Shown: one piece after another, positions 53,003 to 64,000 of the stretch
Numbering within the stretch: the first letter of the stretch is position 1
Layout of the letters: every line of letters starts with the position of its first letter
Source: Dicyema japonicum
Lineage: Eukaryota; Animalia; Dicyemida
Direction: 5' to 3'
Length of the DNA stretch: 64,000 nt
Assembly (NCBI GenBank): GCA_011109175.1
Contig: RDEW01000001.1
Location: 2,410,997 to 2,474,996 of the forward strand
Made by a program: the position numbers and the translations under genes
Notes under the pieces: model-generated
The model's input: the letters and a program-made list of their open reading frames with translations, nothing else
Told to the model about the DNA's origin: nothing
Databases searched by the model: none

Positions 53003-53926
53003 NNNNNNNNNNNNNNNNNNNNNNNNNNNNNNNNNNNNNNNNNNNNNNNNNNNNNNNNNNNNNNNNNNNNNNNNNNNNNNNNNNNNNNNNNNNNNNNNNN
53101 NNNNNNNNNNNNNNNNNNNNNNNNNNNNNNNNNNNNNNNNNNNNNNNNNNNNNNNNNNNNNNNNNNNNNNNNNNNNNNNNNNNNNNNNNNNNNNNNNNNN
53201 NNNNNNNNNNNNNNNNNNNNNNNNNNNNNNNNNNNNNNNNNNNNNNNNNNNNNNNNNNNNNNNNNNNNNNNNNNNNNNNNNNNNNNNNNNNNNNNNNNNN
53301 NNNNNNNNNNNNNNNNNNNNNNNNNNNNNNNNNNNNNNNNNNNNNNNNNNNNNNNNNNNNNNNNNNNNNNNNNNNNNNNNNNNNNNNNNNNNNNNNNNNN
53401 NNNNNNNNNNNNNNNNNNNNNNNNNNNNNNNNNNNNNNNNNNNNNNNNNNNNNNNNNNNNNNNNNNNNNNNNNNNNNNNNNNNNNNNNNNNNNNNNNNNN
53501 NNNNNNNNNNNNNNNNNNNNNNNNNNNNNNNNNNNNNNNNNNNNNNNNNNNNNNNNNNNNNNNNNNNNNNNNNNNNNNNNNNNNNNNNNNNNNNNNNNNN
53601 NNNNNNNNNNNNNNNNNNNNNNNNNNNNNNNNNNNNNNNNNNNNNNNNNNNNNNNNNNNNNNNNNNNNNNNNNNNNNNNNNNNNNNNNNNNNNNNNNNNN
53701 NNNNNNNNNNNNNNNNNNNNNNNNNNNNNNNNNNNNNNNNNNNNNNNNNNNNNNNNNNNNNNNNNNNNNNNNNNNNNNNNNNNNNNNNNNNNNNNNNNNN
53801 NNNNNNNNNNNNNNNNNNNNNNNNNNNNNNNNNNNNNNNNNNNNNNNNNNNNNNNNNNNNNNNNNNNNNNNNNNNNNNNNNNNNNNNNNNNNNNNNNNNN
53901 NNNNNNNNNNNNNNNNNNNNNNNNNN
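53003..53926. other. Assembly gap
   Basis: Run of N. Confidence 0.99.
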
Positions 53927-53983
53927 CAGAACTAATAACCTTAAAACAAATAGAAATTAAAAAAATCTATTTCACAACGAAAA

Positions 53984-55455
53984 TCAGGAATAGTCAATAA
54001 AGGTAACCTCAGAATAGAAGAACACATAAGTAGGTAACTCAGTCGTGGTGGGACTCAAGATAGTGATCATCCCACGCTCAAAATCAACAGATTTTCTACA
54101 AATGACAAAAAAGTCACAACAAGACAACAACAGCAGCAATATTCTTATATCCAAACTCTGGGTCACTCTGATCATCACTCCAAGGAACAGAAAACAAGTG
54201 GTCAACCAGATCAGAGACCACGCGTATTTGGACAGGGAGTACTCTGTACGTCTTATCATTCATTCCAACTGGGAGACAGGACTCGGGGACTTCAGGGGCT
54301 GTCTAAATCAACAATTAAAGGCAACAGCCAATCTGGAAGACCCTTATTCTATCAATGGGAATTGAAAACAGGTGAGGGAACAACTCCAGATTGTCTGAAT
54401 AAAAGTATCGGTGGATCATCTGGTTGCATAAAGTTTGTCGATAAGAAGAGATTCTCTCAACAACTCCCGGAGACTTTGGTAACAATTGGAGACGACGGTG
54501 AGTGGAATGTAGATGCTCATACAGTTCAGCATACAATCTCTCCTGCTCCAGAACAACCACGAGTTCGACTACAAGTAAATCACACAACCAACCGTCGAAG
54601 AAGTCAATCGCCTGCTTAATACACACAAGTCCCCCCTTTGTGGTCCAATTAGAGCAGTTTATAACTAATCCCCCTTGATTCAAAGACTCCTCCATATCAA
54701 ATCTGCGGCTAGTAATATCTGCCAGTTGCTTTAACAGCTTTGTGTACAAGTCAGGGTTCTCTGAGATGGAAAGATGTCCAAAGTGGAGTACAAAAGTGTT
54801 ATCAGAGAAACACAGCATGTCGGTCACATCAAAAGGACAATCGACAGTGGCAACACCTGTTGGTTAGTCATTTAGTACTAATAGTCCCGGGGACAGAGAG
54901 GAGGTTCTGCTCCACGTCAATGTCCGCCAGCATGGGAGAGTATCCTATCCTCGCTGCATAACTACTTATTATTTTGACGAGACTGCTCTTTCCGACGTCC
55001 TTTGGACCACAGATAAGCACCTTTATAAATAAAAGGGACAACCCGGGGACCACGTTTCTTCCCTCTCACAGCCTCAAATCTGAGGATGTCCAAGGAAGTA
55101 CATAAATCGGCGTAAGCATTCATCGTGGTCTCCTTTCCAATGTAAGCACTCTCCCAGGTTCCCTCAATCTACAGTTTCCGTACACATGATTACTTTTATT
55201 ACACAACCATGCCATGTAAATATGGCGAATTTGGAAAAAAGGGGGAACTGAATTTCCTTATTCTTGACCAATTCAGTTCCGAATACCTCAGCAGTGCCAT
55301 TTATTAGCTGGCATGTGAGTACAATGTGTTACAGTTGTTTTTATCCTACAAATCTCATCCCCTTCTATTCTCAACTCCTGATTTTTCTGTAATGTATATG
55401 TCTCTATCTACGTATTATTTACTGTCCATGCCTTGGAATGAGAGTCACCCAACAT
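53984..55455 (-). CDS. CLP1: Polyribonucleotide 5'-hydroxyl kinase CLP1
   Basis: GTAEVFGTEL, AIFTWHGC, Walker A ICGPKDVGKS, LSVPGTI, VLHFGH, VVVLEQERLY, LPKSPGVVER and ILSP. Confidence 0.93.
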
Positions 55456-55539
55456 GTTTAATTAAAAATAAATTAAAATAAATATTTTCTAATTAATTCA
55501 AAAATATTTAAAATTGTTGGTACTTCTGCTTCTGCGAAT

Positions 55540-56200
55540 CATTTTTGAGGACTACTATATGGCTTACTGAATTTATACAAAGCATCGCGCTCAGGACAAT
55601 TACTGGATGTCTCAGATCAACTCCTGCTGATCATTTACATGGGAGTCTAAGATCCTCCAAATTGGAGACTATCTGGAAATGAGAGCCCTGCAGTTCCTCT
55701 CCCAAGCCTACAGCCTAGAACATCCCTGCCACTCTTTATGCAAACCGCAAAACAAAAGAAAAATTATTATGATAACCAGTGACCTGTCTCGAATGTTATC
55801 ATCCATCCCTTCCAGCACCAATGACAGGAGTCGTCTGAAACAGATTCACGATTTTGTTTCTACGAGAAGCGTCCGAAGACTCGGAGACAATAAAATACTA
55901 CAGTGACCCCATCCTCCAATAGACCAATCAGAATTCTTTCTTCCGAGGGACGTCCGAGTAAATTTGGCTCGTCTATGATGTGGGTACCACCCATATCTAC
56001 CAACATACGGTATACTCTGTCCCTTTTGCAACCTCCACGTGTTGACAACAAATCACCTGTTTGAATGTCATGAATTGACACAACGTTCATCTACAATGTC
56101 GGGACTGACCGATCTATGGGAGCGACCAACATCTGCTGCGTCCTACTTAATAGCTGCTGGCTTCCTACAAGTTAGTGAAGGTGGGTTACTTAACTAACTA
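55540..56200 (+). mobile_element. LINE C-terminal region with Cys/His motif
   Basis: ALRTITGC...DHLH; EFFLPRDVRVNLARL; CPFCNLHVLTTNHLFEC; DLWERP. Confidence 0.8.
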
Positions 56201-56299
56201 TTGAATTTACTTTACTGGAACATTTTATTTACTGAATATTTGGGAAATGCCTTAATTTTTAATCTTTGTCTTGAAAAGTTGCAATATTTTGTAAATATA

Positions 56300-57046
56300 G
56301 AATAATTTTTTTTTTTTTAACAAAAAATTTTTTTAACAATTAAACAAATGTCAGTTGAAGAAGCCTGCTGCGTGGATTGCGAACGAGTTCCCTCGGAGTA
56401 TGGCTATTCCAATCTTTTGTCTTAGCCATAACCCTTCTCGTTGATCTCTTTTCTTTCTGGCAACCAATCTTCCGAGTTCTTGCAAGAATTCAGCCGTCAT
56501 TGCACCAACGGCTCCCGATGATTCGGTCGCAATAAGAGTAAATCGGTAGCGATCCCCGAGGCAAGAATATTTCTTGATTTTTAGGTTTTCCGCAGTTGAA
56601 GCAGCTGTTCCAGGTGTCTGAACAGATTTAAAAATGTTCGTGCTTGAGAACGTGTCTATGCAAGTTGCGTCCCAGACTAAAGATCTTCCAGACGTGAAAG
56701 GGAAAAGGGTCATCCCGTCAGGTCTCTTTCCATCTCCTCTATCAAGAACCACTGGTTCAAGCTGTGCTGGGAAACCTGAAGCCTTCAGAGCTCTGACGAT
56801 CACATCATTCAGAGCAGCATGACGTGGTCCCCTTCCGCCGCTTCTTCTGCAGCAAGCTGTGCTGGGAAGCCTGAAGCCTTCAGAGCTCTGACGATCACAT
56901 CATTCAGAGCAGCATGACGTGGTCCCCTTCCGCCGCTTCTTCTGCAGGACAGCGGGTGCAATCCTTTCGCATCGACTGTTTTCCCGCATCGGCATCGGTG
57001 CTCCTGGCAAACGTCTATTCCCAGCCTTTGTCCGAATAATTTTTTT
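56300..57046 (-). mobile_element. Young 5'-truncated CRE-like insertion with 13-bp TSD
   Basis: HRCRCGK...HPLSC, RHAALND, RPDG, WDAT and AENLKIKKY in an open frame; GAATAATTTTTTT at 56300-56312 and 57034-57046. Confidence 0.92.
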
Positions 57047-57056
57047 AAATCAAAAT

Positions 57057-60000
57057 TTATTGGTTAATTTTGTGAAGAATTAATAATACGGTTAGACTAA
57101 TGTTAGCATTTAATAGTGTTTTTGTGTCTGTATACTTTATGTAGTCTCTCCCTCTCATTACTCAGAGCCAACAGCCTAATATTAGCGATACAGGCAGCAT
57201 TGGCCTCCTGCATTACACTATCGTTGTACTTCATGAGTCCAACAAGTAACTGTTAGGTCATAATATTGATACCTTGACGAGTCCTTCTCTATGCATTATA
57301 ATGCAGTTCTCTTGGTCTAAGGACAATTTTTGGAGGGCAATGACAGTCGTCCTCTGTACTTTAAAGTTGTCCGTCTTCAAGTAGCTTACCAGTGGAGGGA
57401 CAGTGTTTCGGAGTCCAAACTCTCTTCTGTTGTGTTCATAGTCGCAGCACATGGCTATAGCTTCTGAGAGGTGCTCCCTGAGGTTGATGCAAGTCTTGAT
57501 TGAGAATATGGGGGTACTGTGTTTGTTAATGCTGAGAGGGTGGCCACTACTCCGTGGTCTGTGAGCACAGCCAAGTTTTCATGATCTTTTGCGATGTTGG
57601 CTATTGCCGCACATACGTTTGCCAAGACATCTATATGAGGGGACTTGAGGAGACTGACAATAAGGTCAATTCCCCCAACAAATGATCTTACAAGTTCCCC
57701 CGCTTCCTAGAAATAAATTCAACTGCGAACCTTCAAGTTGTTCACACAGGGAGAGATAGCCCACGCAGCATTCGCCTGGACCTTTGGATTCGGGTTCTTT
57801 AGAAGAGACCACATCAACCGTACACCGTCGTTTTTGTCAATTATACTCAATTAATTTAAACGGCTTACAGCAAATTTTCGTTATCGTAGGCACATTCTCC
57901 GATAGCTTTCGTTGCATTGGCTAACAGTTCCTTATTGGTCCCGATCAAAAGATTTATCAGTAAAACGATTCCATTCGAAGACCTTATCTGAGCTCTGCAT
58001 TCTGAACTCTTGGCCAACTCGCTGAGAGCACCAGTCACGTTTACCAGAACCTACAATATAAAACAACACGACTTCGTCAGGTTGGTCTGTGAGTAGCCCA
58101 ACTAATTGGCTGGCGGCCTTGAATTTTGTCAGGATTCGCAAATTTTCATCATTTATGGCACATTTCCATATGGCCCCTGTTGCTGCAGCTATCAGGTTTT
58201 TATTGTCCACCTGGGTGAGGAATCCAACCAGTGGTTTTAGTCCCCCATATTTTCGCACCAAATCTCGCGTTTCGTTATCCTCTCCACACTAAAATATTAA
58301 AATTAAAGACTTTAAAAAGAGCATTGGCACAGTGAGTGTTCAGGGTCACGTTTTCTGATTGGAGATTCCGCACGAGTCCCTCAAGCATTCCCTCATTCCT
58401 TATTTTAAGTCGGTACGATTGCTTGATTGGTCACTAACTAAACCTCAATGGCACATTTTTCGAGAATCCCTACAATTGGAATCAGAAGGTCCTCGTTCTT
58501 GGATTTCAAAAGCTCTCCAAGAAGAGGGGTCACACCGCAACTGTCCATGAGACTGCGATTTCTGGAACTCTCAGCCAGACTGCACAAAGCAAGGGCACTC
58601 GACTTGGACGTCTCAAAGTCCTTTTCTTCAGAATTTTTTGCTGCCTGACAGCCCAGAACCAGAAGGGTCACCTAAAGTCAATGGAAGATGTAACTAGTTT
58701 TTGAATTCCTCCATATCTCCTCACTGCTTTTCGACCTCTTCCGAATCTAGCAATAATCGCGATTGTGTGGGCTGATAGTTGTCTCAGTTTATTATTCCTG
58801 TCCATCAAAAGCTCCACCATTATTTCTAGTCCACCCAAATCTGCTATCGTTTTCTGAATCTTTGAACTCGTTGAGATCTCTTTGATCACCTGAAGAGCTC
58901 CAATCTAAAATATAGTGATTCCCCCAACCTTGCACTTGGTCTCTGATGTTTGCAGCAAATTAATTAAAATCTCCAACCCCCCAGCCTCTTTTATAGCCAA
59001 CTGATTAGTTTCCAATGTTAAATTCATATCTCTCAGCAGGACGAGGCCCAAAACAGTCGCGACTTTGTTACCAAACTGAAATACAAAGAGCCCATACTTT
59101 AATATATTTTATCAATTTCTGAATGAGCCAGTAATCGGACGGGAGATCCACGTGTGCTTCTGTCTTTCTCTCAGTAGTGTCGCTTTCGCTGTCTGAGGAC
59201 GTAACAGATTCCACGTGTTTAGCCCTGACTTATGAAATGAAAAGTAATGCTTTTTTATTTGCTTGTCTTTCATGTACCGATTCTCCTCTCTTAAAGTAAG
59301 CCAATCACTTACTCTATCCCCCCATCAGACAGCAGAGTTTTGTAACTGAGAGTCTCCTTCAGTCGATGGTCGTATTTAATGACTTCTGTTGGGATTTCAA
59401 AGCTCTTCTTCAGTTCCTCCAACTTTTTTGTTTTTATGGATCTATGTAATGATTTAACTTCCGGTTTAGCCTGGAATTACGACTTTATTTACTTCAATTG
59501 ACATATTTTTCACGAAAACACCACTTTCTCCCATCAGAATTTGATTTATACTCGAATATGCACTTCCAGTCTCCGCTGTCGTGAGAGACTAAGCTGGTTT
59601 AACGGAGTTACCTGTTTTTTGAAAAAACCGTCAATCGTAGCCACTATATAAAACATATTGGCGTCTAAGGGAGTCACGGAAATTATTGCAATCTCCTCCA
59701 CGGTCTGTCTCCAAGGCGGAATCCTGCAGCCGTTGGAATAAATGTACTCGTCTAGGGAACTCAGTTAACTCAGAGACCTGTGAAACTGATATCCTGTAGT
59801 AGATTACATTCTTTGTCGAATCCTGTATTCTCCTTTAACTCATCGACGACCATTTTTATGGTTTCTCCCAAAAAACGGCATGCGGAGGATAAATCATCGA
59901 AATTGGTTTCTATCAATTTCGCGTCAAAGTCAGAAATGAGGTTCAACAGCATTATCCGTGATTTTTTGTTACGGATTTTCCCGCTGTCATTGGAAGGCAT

Positions 60001-60526
60001 TAGGTTTTCAATTCCCATCTATTTTATTGGAATGACTACCTCTTCGACTTTTTCCGTATTTTCCGTGCTCGACACGGATTTCATTTTCTGCTGCAGCAAA
60101 ATCATCCTTGGATCAGAATTGCCTTCGAATAAGCACGTGTGGGCATACTCGATAACAGGCTTCTCAGCTCGTTTATTACATTCTCCTTGCTCAGTTGAAC
60201 CACTTTTAAAATTTGGTCCAAAGTCCAGGCTTCAAACATTCCGGTTTCCTGGTCATAAAACCCACGTGTCTTTTCACGGGATAACCTCAGCTTTAATCTA
60301 AATTTATAATTTTTGATGACTTTAATTCTTCTGTAATATCGACAGATGTCTCCCAAACTACTGGATTTTTGAATATAATTTTAGAAAATTTTGGTTTTTC
60401 GCGAGCAATTTCCAGTAGAAAATCATAAATCTTTTTAAACAGGAATATGTTCAGCTTGCAATATTCTAATGATTGTCTCTTTTCCTCTTTTCCCCAAACA
60501 GCTATTTTGCTAAGAGTTTCGCCCAT
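57057..60526 (-). CDS. ODAD2: Outer dynein arm docking complex subunit 2 (ARMC4)
   Basis: [52 protein letters not shown] and C-terminal [10 protein letters not shown]; many 22-25 nt introns. The N-terminal exons are assigned by position and overall length. Confidence 0.92.
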
Positions 60527-60629
60527 TTATTCCTAGGAAACAATATTAACTTATTTTTGTCTTTAAATCTATTTTTTATTTTAATTTTCGAATTTAATTT
60601 TAATATTCACCCAATTTTTTTATATTCTC

Positions 60630-60960
60630 CATAGTAGTGGCGAGCAAGACGACGAAAGGGATGGAGAAGGCTGACGGCAAGAATAGTCGAAAGCATGGCA
60701 CAAGCGAAACCATAAACACTGTTTACTGGCAACGCGGACATGCATTAACTAAACGGTGGATAACAGGAAAGCAACTACCAAAAGAGAACTTCCCAGGGAC
60801 TCACCAAGTTTATCTGTTGTGGTGTTGAAATCGAAGCCAAACCAAGAGAAAAGGTGCTCCGTCTTGATAGTTTGCTTGGTATTGGCTAGAGGACAAGCCC
60901 AGATTTTCTAAATCTGATTTATTTAATGACGGAGATACCTAATGTAACTCTGTCCATATC
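60630..60960 (+). mobile_element. Possible decayed LINE RT C-terminal fragment
   Basis: TLFTG, LPKENFP and EKVLRLDSLLGIG are weakly LINE-like; several stops. Confidence 0.35.
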
Positions 60961-61060
60961 CTTTCTGTTATTAAAAAGTTGTTATATTTGAAATGACCAT
61001 TTAATAAATTAATTTAAAAATTAATTATTTTTAAATTTTCGTTGTGGTTGGTCCTTCTAA

Positions 61061-61746
61061 ATGATAATAACCGATGGCTATAATAAAGAATTATCAGACT
61101 TAATCGACCACTCTAGTCAACTGTTGAAGGAGACCTCTCCCAGTAGTGTAAGGAAACTCATAACTATAGATGGTCAAGGTAGTACTTCAGTCATTAAAAG
61201 ACAACAGCCACCTAGTAAGCGGTAAATTTATAATAAGATTAAACACCCAAAGAGTGACAACACTTTGTTTCTAAAATGTCATAACTTCCGGTACCCCACA
61301 CTTCTCACATCAAGGAAGCTTACATTCAACCAAGTCTCCTATTTAGCCAAACTCTACGGAGTCGTTCTTGATTCCCAAGGGTTCGAAAACGTTCCCCCAC
61401 CGACTTCCCAAGACACAAATCCACCCCCTGCTGAGGAAATCGATTCTCCTAAAATTGAAGACAGCAGTGCCACTTCAGATAAAACACGTGGTGGTAAGTT
61501 ATAGTTGGGATTATCTTATTCTTAGGTGATGGTAATAAAAAGAGAAGATTTTGGTGCTTGGAGGAGGAAATCATGTTGGTTAAGGGAGTGTATAAATTTG
61601 GGATCGGGAGATGGAAGGCAATAAAGGACGAATACAACTTTGCTGACAGAACCACGGTCAACCTCAAGGACAAATGGAGGAGTATTACGTTAAATCAAGT
61701 AAAACGAAATAAACTTGTTAAACTCACGAAATGTAAGTCTAAGTAA
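61061..61746 (+). CDS. Telobox Myb-domain protein (TRF1/TRF2-like)
   Basis: C-terminal KRRFWCLEEEIMLVKGVYKFGIGRWKAIKDEYNFADRTTVNLKDKWR is a single telobox Myb repeat; start codon uncertain. Confidence 0.8.
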
Positions 61747-62909
61747 TTGATTTTTAAAGTTTTCTGTATTATTTTTATTTTGTTGATGCGTGTTTATTAA
61801 TGTCTTGGTGCTTTCTTGATATCAATGGTGGTCTGACCAGGTAACGTAGTGGTTAGTGGTGTGGATTCGAATCCAACATCCTTACAATGAATGTTTTCGT
61901 TCTTCTCTCCCTTTTTCTGTTCCTCAGACCGTCATAACTCAGAAGGCGTCCGGTGCATCCAAAAACGATCCTTTCTCCCCTACTCTAGAGACGTTCCCAC
62001 AAAGGCTGATATTGTGGACGAGTGCGTAACACGCCGACCGGGAGAACTGAACAAATCATGTTTCAGATTTATCGGGGGTTATTGAAAAACAATGGCGGTC
62101 TATTTCCTCCATGGATAGAATGATGATTGGTTATTCTTTTACTGAGTTTATTCACGGATACAAAATTTAAGAAATGAGAGTTATGTACGATTTAGGAGTG
62201 GCTGAATACATAAGGGAACCTTCTGAAATAGAAGTCTTCATCACATTCTTTAGGACAAAATAACTAATCTTACATTTGTAGCCTCTCCAGTTACCAAGTT
62301 GTTGATTAATCGTAAGGTTAAGGTAGTGACTACTTCTATTCTACGAAATGCATACTTGGTGTGAGGATTGATGGAAGCCCATGCTTCCTTTTCTCGTGAG
62401 CATGGATGAGGTCGCAAACTCAGGAGACATACTTCTGAACAAAAGAAGTGTCGGATAGACTAAGTATAGAGGTTAAAATCCATCTGGACCATAAATTGGG
62501 GATCATCTGTCAGAGACTGCATGTGTAGGATGATGGTTAACATGATTCCATGTATGGTGGTAATAATAGCTTCAATACCGTATAATTAGGCTATTACAGG
62601 CTATGTCTTACGAGGGACTGTAGTCCACACACTACATGACGGAAATAGTAATGATAGGAGAATGGGAATTGTGTCATAAGGATTCTCATGACGGAAGATG
62701 GTAATGAGACAAAACAAATATTAACCAATAAAAAATACTTCAGTTGCTTACCAATGGAAATTGGTCAGATTCCGATCGAATACAAACTCAAGGAGTGTTC
62801 TGTAGCCACTACAAAAAAAAACTATTGGATAATTTTGGAAAGAGAGAGATTGGGCATGTTCGTTACAAATATAGACAAAACTCTTTGAAGAAGGAACCTT
62901 AATAAGGAT

Positions 62910-63315
62910 ACCGCAACCTCCATCGATGTACTCAAACGGGTAGAGACGGACATTTCGCTAGAAGGAAGAATCGTAAAACANNNNNNNTACCGCAACCTCC
63001 ATCGATGTACTCAAACGGGTAGAGACGGACATTTCGCTGGAAGGAAGAATCGTAAAACACGGATTGGCGTTCTTTGGGCATGTTGTCCGCTCTGATTCAC
63101 TGGAAAGAACCATTATGCTGAGCAATATTTCTGGGAAGAGAAGACCTGGCCGACCAAGAACTCGGTGGCTATCCACGGTGGAAGATGTCACGGGAATGTC
63201 TATATCAAGGCTACTCCAAATTGCAACGGATCAGGAAGAGTGGAGAGAACTCGTTCATGAAATCTCCAAGGGTCGGACACGACTTAATTGGACAACATAA
63301 CATAACCGCAACCTC
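62910..63315 (+). mobile_element. 5'-truncated RTE insertion with 11-bp TSD
   Basis: Same family as 26205-26612; ACCGCAACCTC at 62910-62920 and 63305-63315; ACATAACATAA tail. Confidence 0.92.
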
Positions 63316-64000
63316 ACGGGACGTAGAGTTCTAGTGGTGATCAGTGATTAACAGGAACTCCCAAATACTTTAGAAAACTAAATTTTGATAGTTTTGAAGT
63401 TCTCGGAAGGGATCTTTGATACAATCTATGGTCGTCAACAGTCACTGAGGGAAGGTGGATCCTCCTTTTATTGTAAAAAGTCAAAGGTCGTGAGCTAGAT
63501 GGTCCGATGTTTTACATTTTTTAGGGAATGATAAACTAAGCTTGTTGAAGTGGTTTCTGGTTGAGAGAATTTTTGATTCCCAGTGATGATGGTAAGTTGG
63601 AGAGGTTTTTAGACTGCCGGTAATTTTTATTATGGCATAATTTTTTGTCACATTTCTTCGAGGTTTGTTGTTTATAAAGAGGAGAGAATGTGCTCAACAA
63701 TCAATCGGAGGAATGAGGCTTGAACAGCATAGTCACTCGGATAAATGGCCCGTGATAACTTTTATGCTCTTCATGTTTCAATCAAATAACATACCCCCTG
63801 GAGTATTTTAAGCTTCTTACAGGAAAAGGAGTATTGTTTATAAGCAGCATTAGTTCTAAGTTAAATTAATGACGATTGATAGTGAAGAGAAGTATAAACA
63901 CGTGACTGAAGAAAGGTAGATGAGATTATATTCAAGGGTTAATAACATTAAGGTGTTCTTGGAGAGTTGGAGAAGCTACGAGGACACCATGATAATATGA

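Noticed and set aside
61843-61880. tRNA or tRNA-derived SINE (A-box-like TAACGTAGTGG, B-box-like GATTCGAATCC)
   Set aside because: The boxes are only about 10 nt apart and no cloverleaf or acceptor stem forms.
61800-64000. Host gene(s) around the RTE insertion
   Set aside because: No consistent spliced frame; faint LINE-like motifs (CPISLFPKLS, HGLPSILTP, SDH) suggest very old retroelement debris, too weak to annotate.
1-64000. CRISPR arrays, rRNA, telomeric arrays, viral or bacterial inserts
   Set aside because: No regularly spaced repeat-spacer units, rRNA-like sequence, TTAGGG arrays or long intronless foreign ORFs were seen.

Overview
This is AT-rich animal genomic DNA from a fragmented draft assembly, with two long N gaps and many adjacent near-duplicate segments. 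Host genes are compact and split by very short spliceosomal introns, mostly 22-27 nt GT-AG with a few GC-AG. That architecture, plus metazoan genes (alpha-actinin, an ADAMTSL-like TSP1 protein, an Ig-superfamily receptor) and motile-cilium genes (ODAD2/ARMC4, CIMIP1, MAPK15), suggests a reduced ciliated animal such as a dicyemid (inference). Recognisable genes are two cathepsin L-like paralogs, RRP7A, SDHD, PGAM5, alpha-actinin, MAPK15, TTC27, CIMIP1/C20orf85, CLP1, ODAD2, a telobox Myb (TRF-like) gene and a divergent bHLH-ZIP gene. Roughly a quarter to a third of the window is retrotransposon debris: RTE, Jockey/I-like and other APE-RT LINEs, and CRE-like RLE elements, some with intact target-site duplications, plus a hAT remnant. 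The most unexpected signals are: (1) the palindrome CACGTG at 40 hand-counted sites against about 7-9 expected, including inside coding exons; (2) a Myc-like bHLH-ZIP lacking the canonical E-box-reading residues; (3) complementary 3' lesions in the two cathepsin paralogs; (4) a TTY activation loop in MAPK15. All gene models and counts were made by eye and need computational confirmation.
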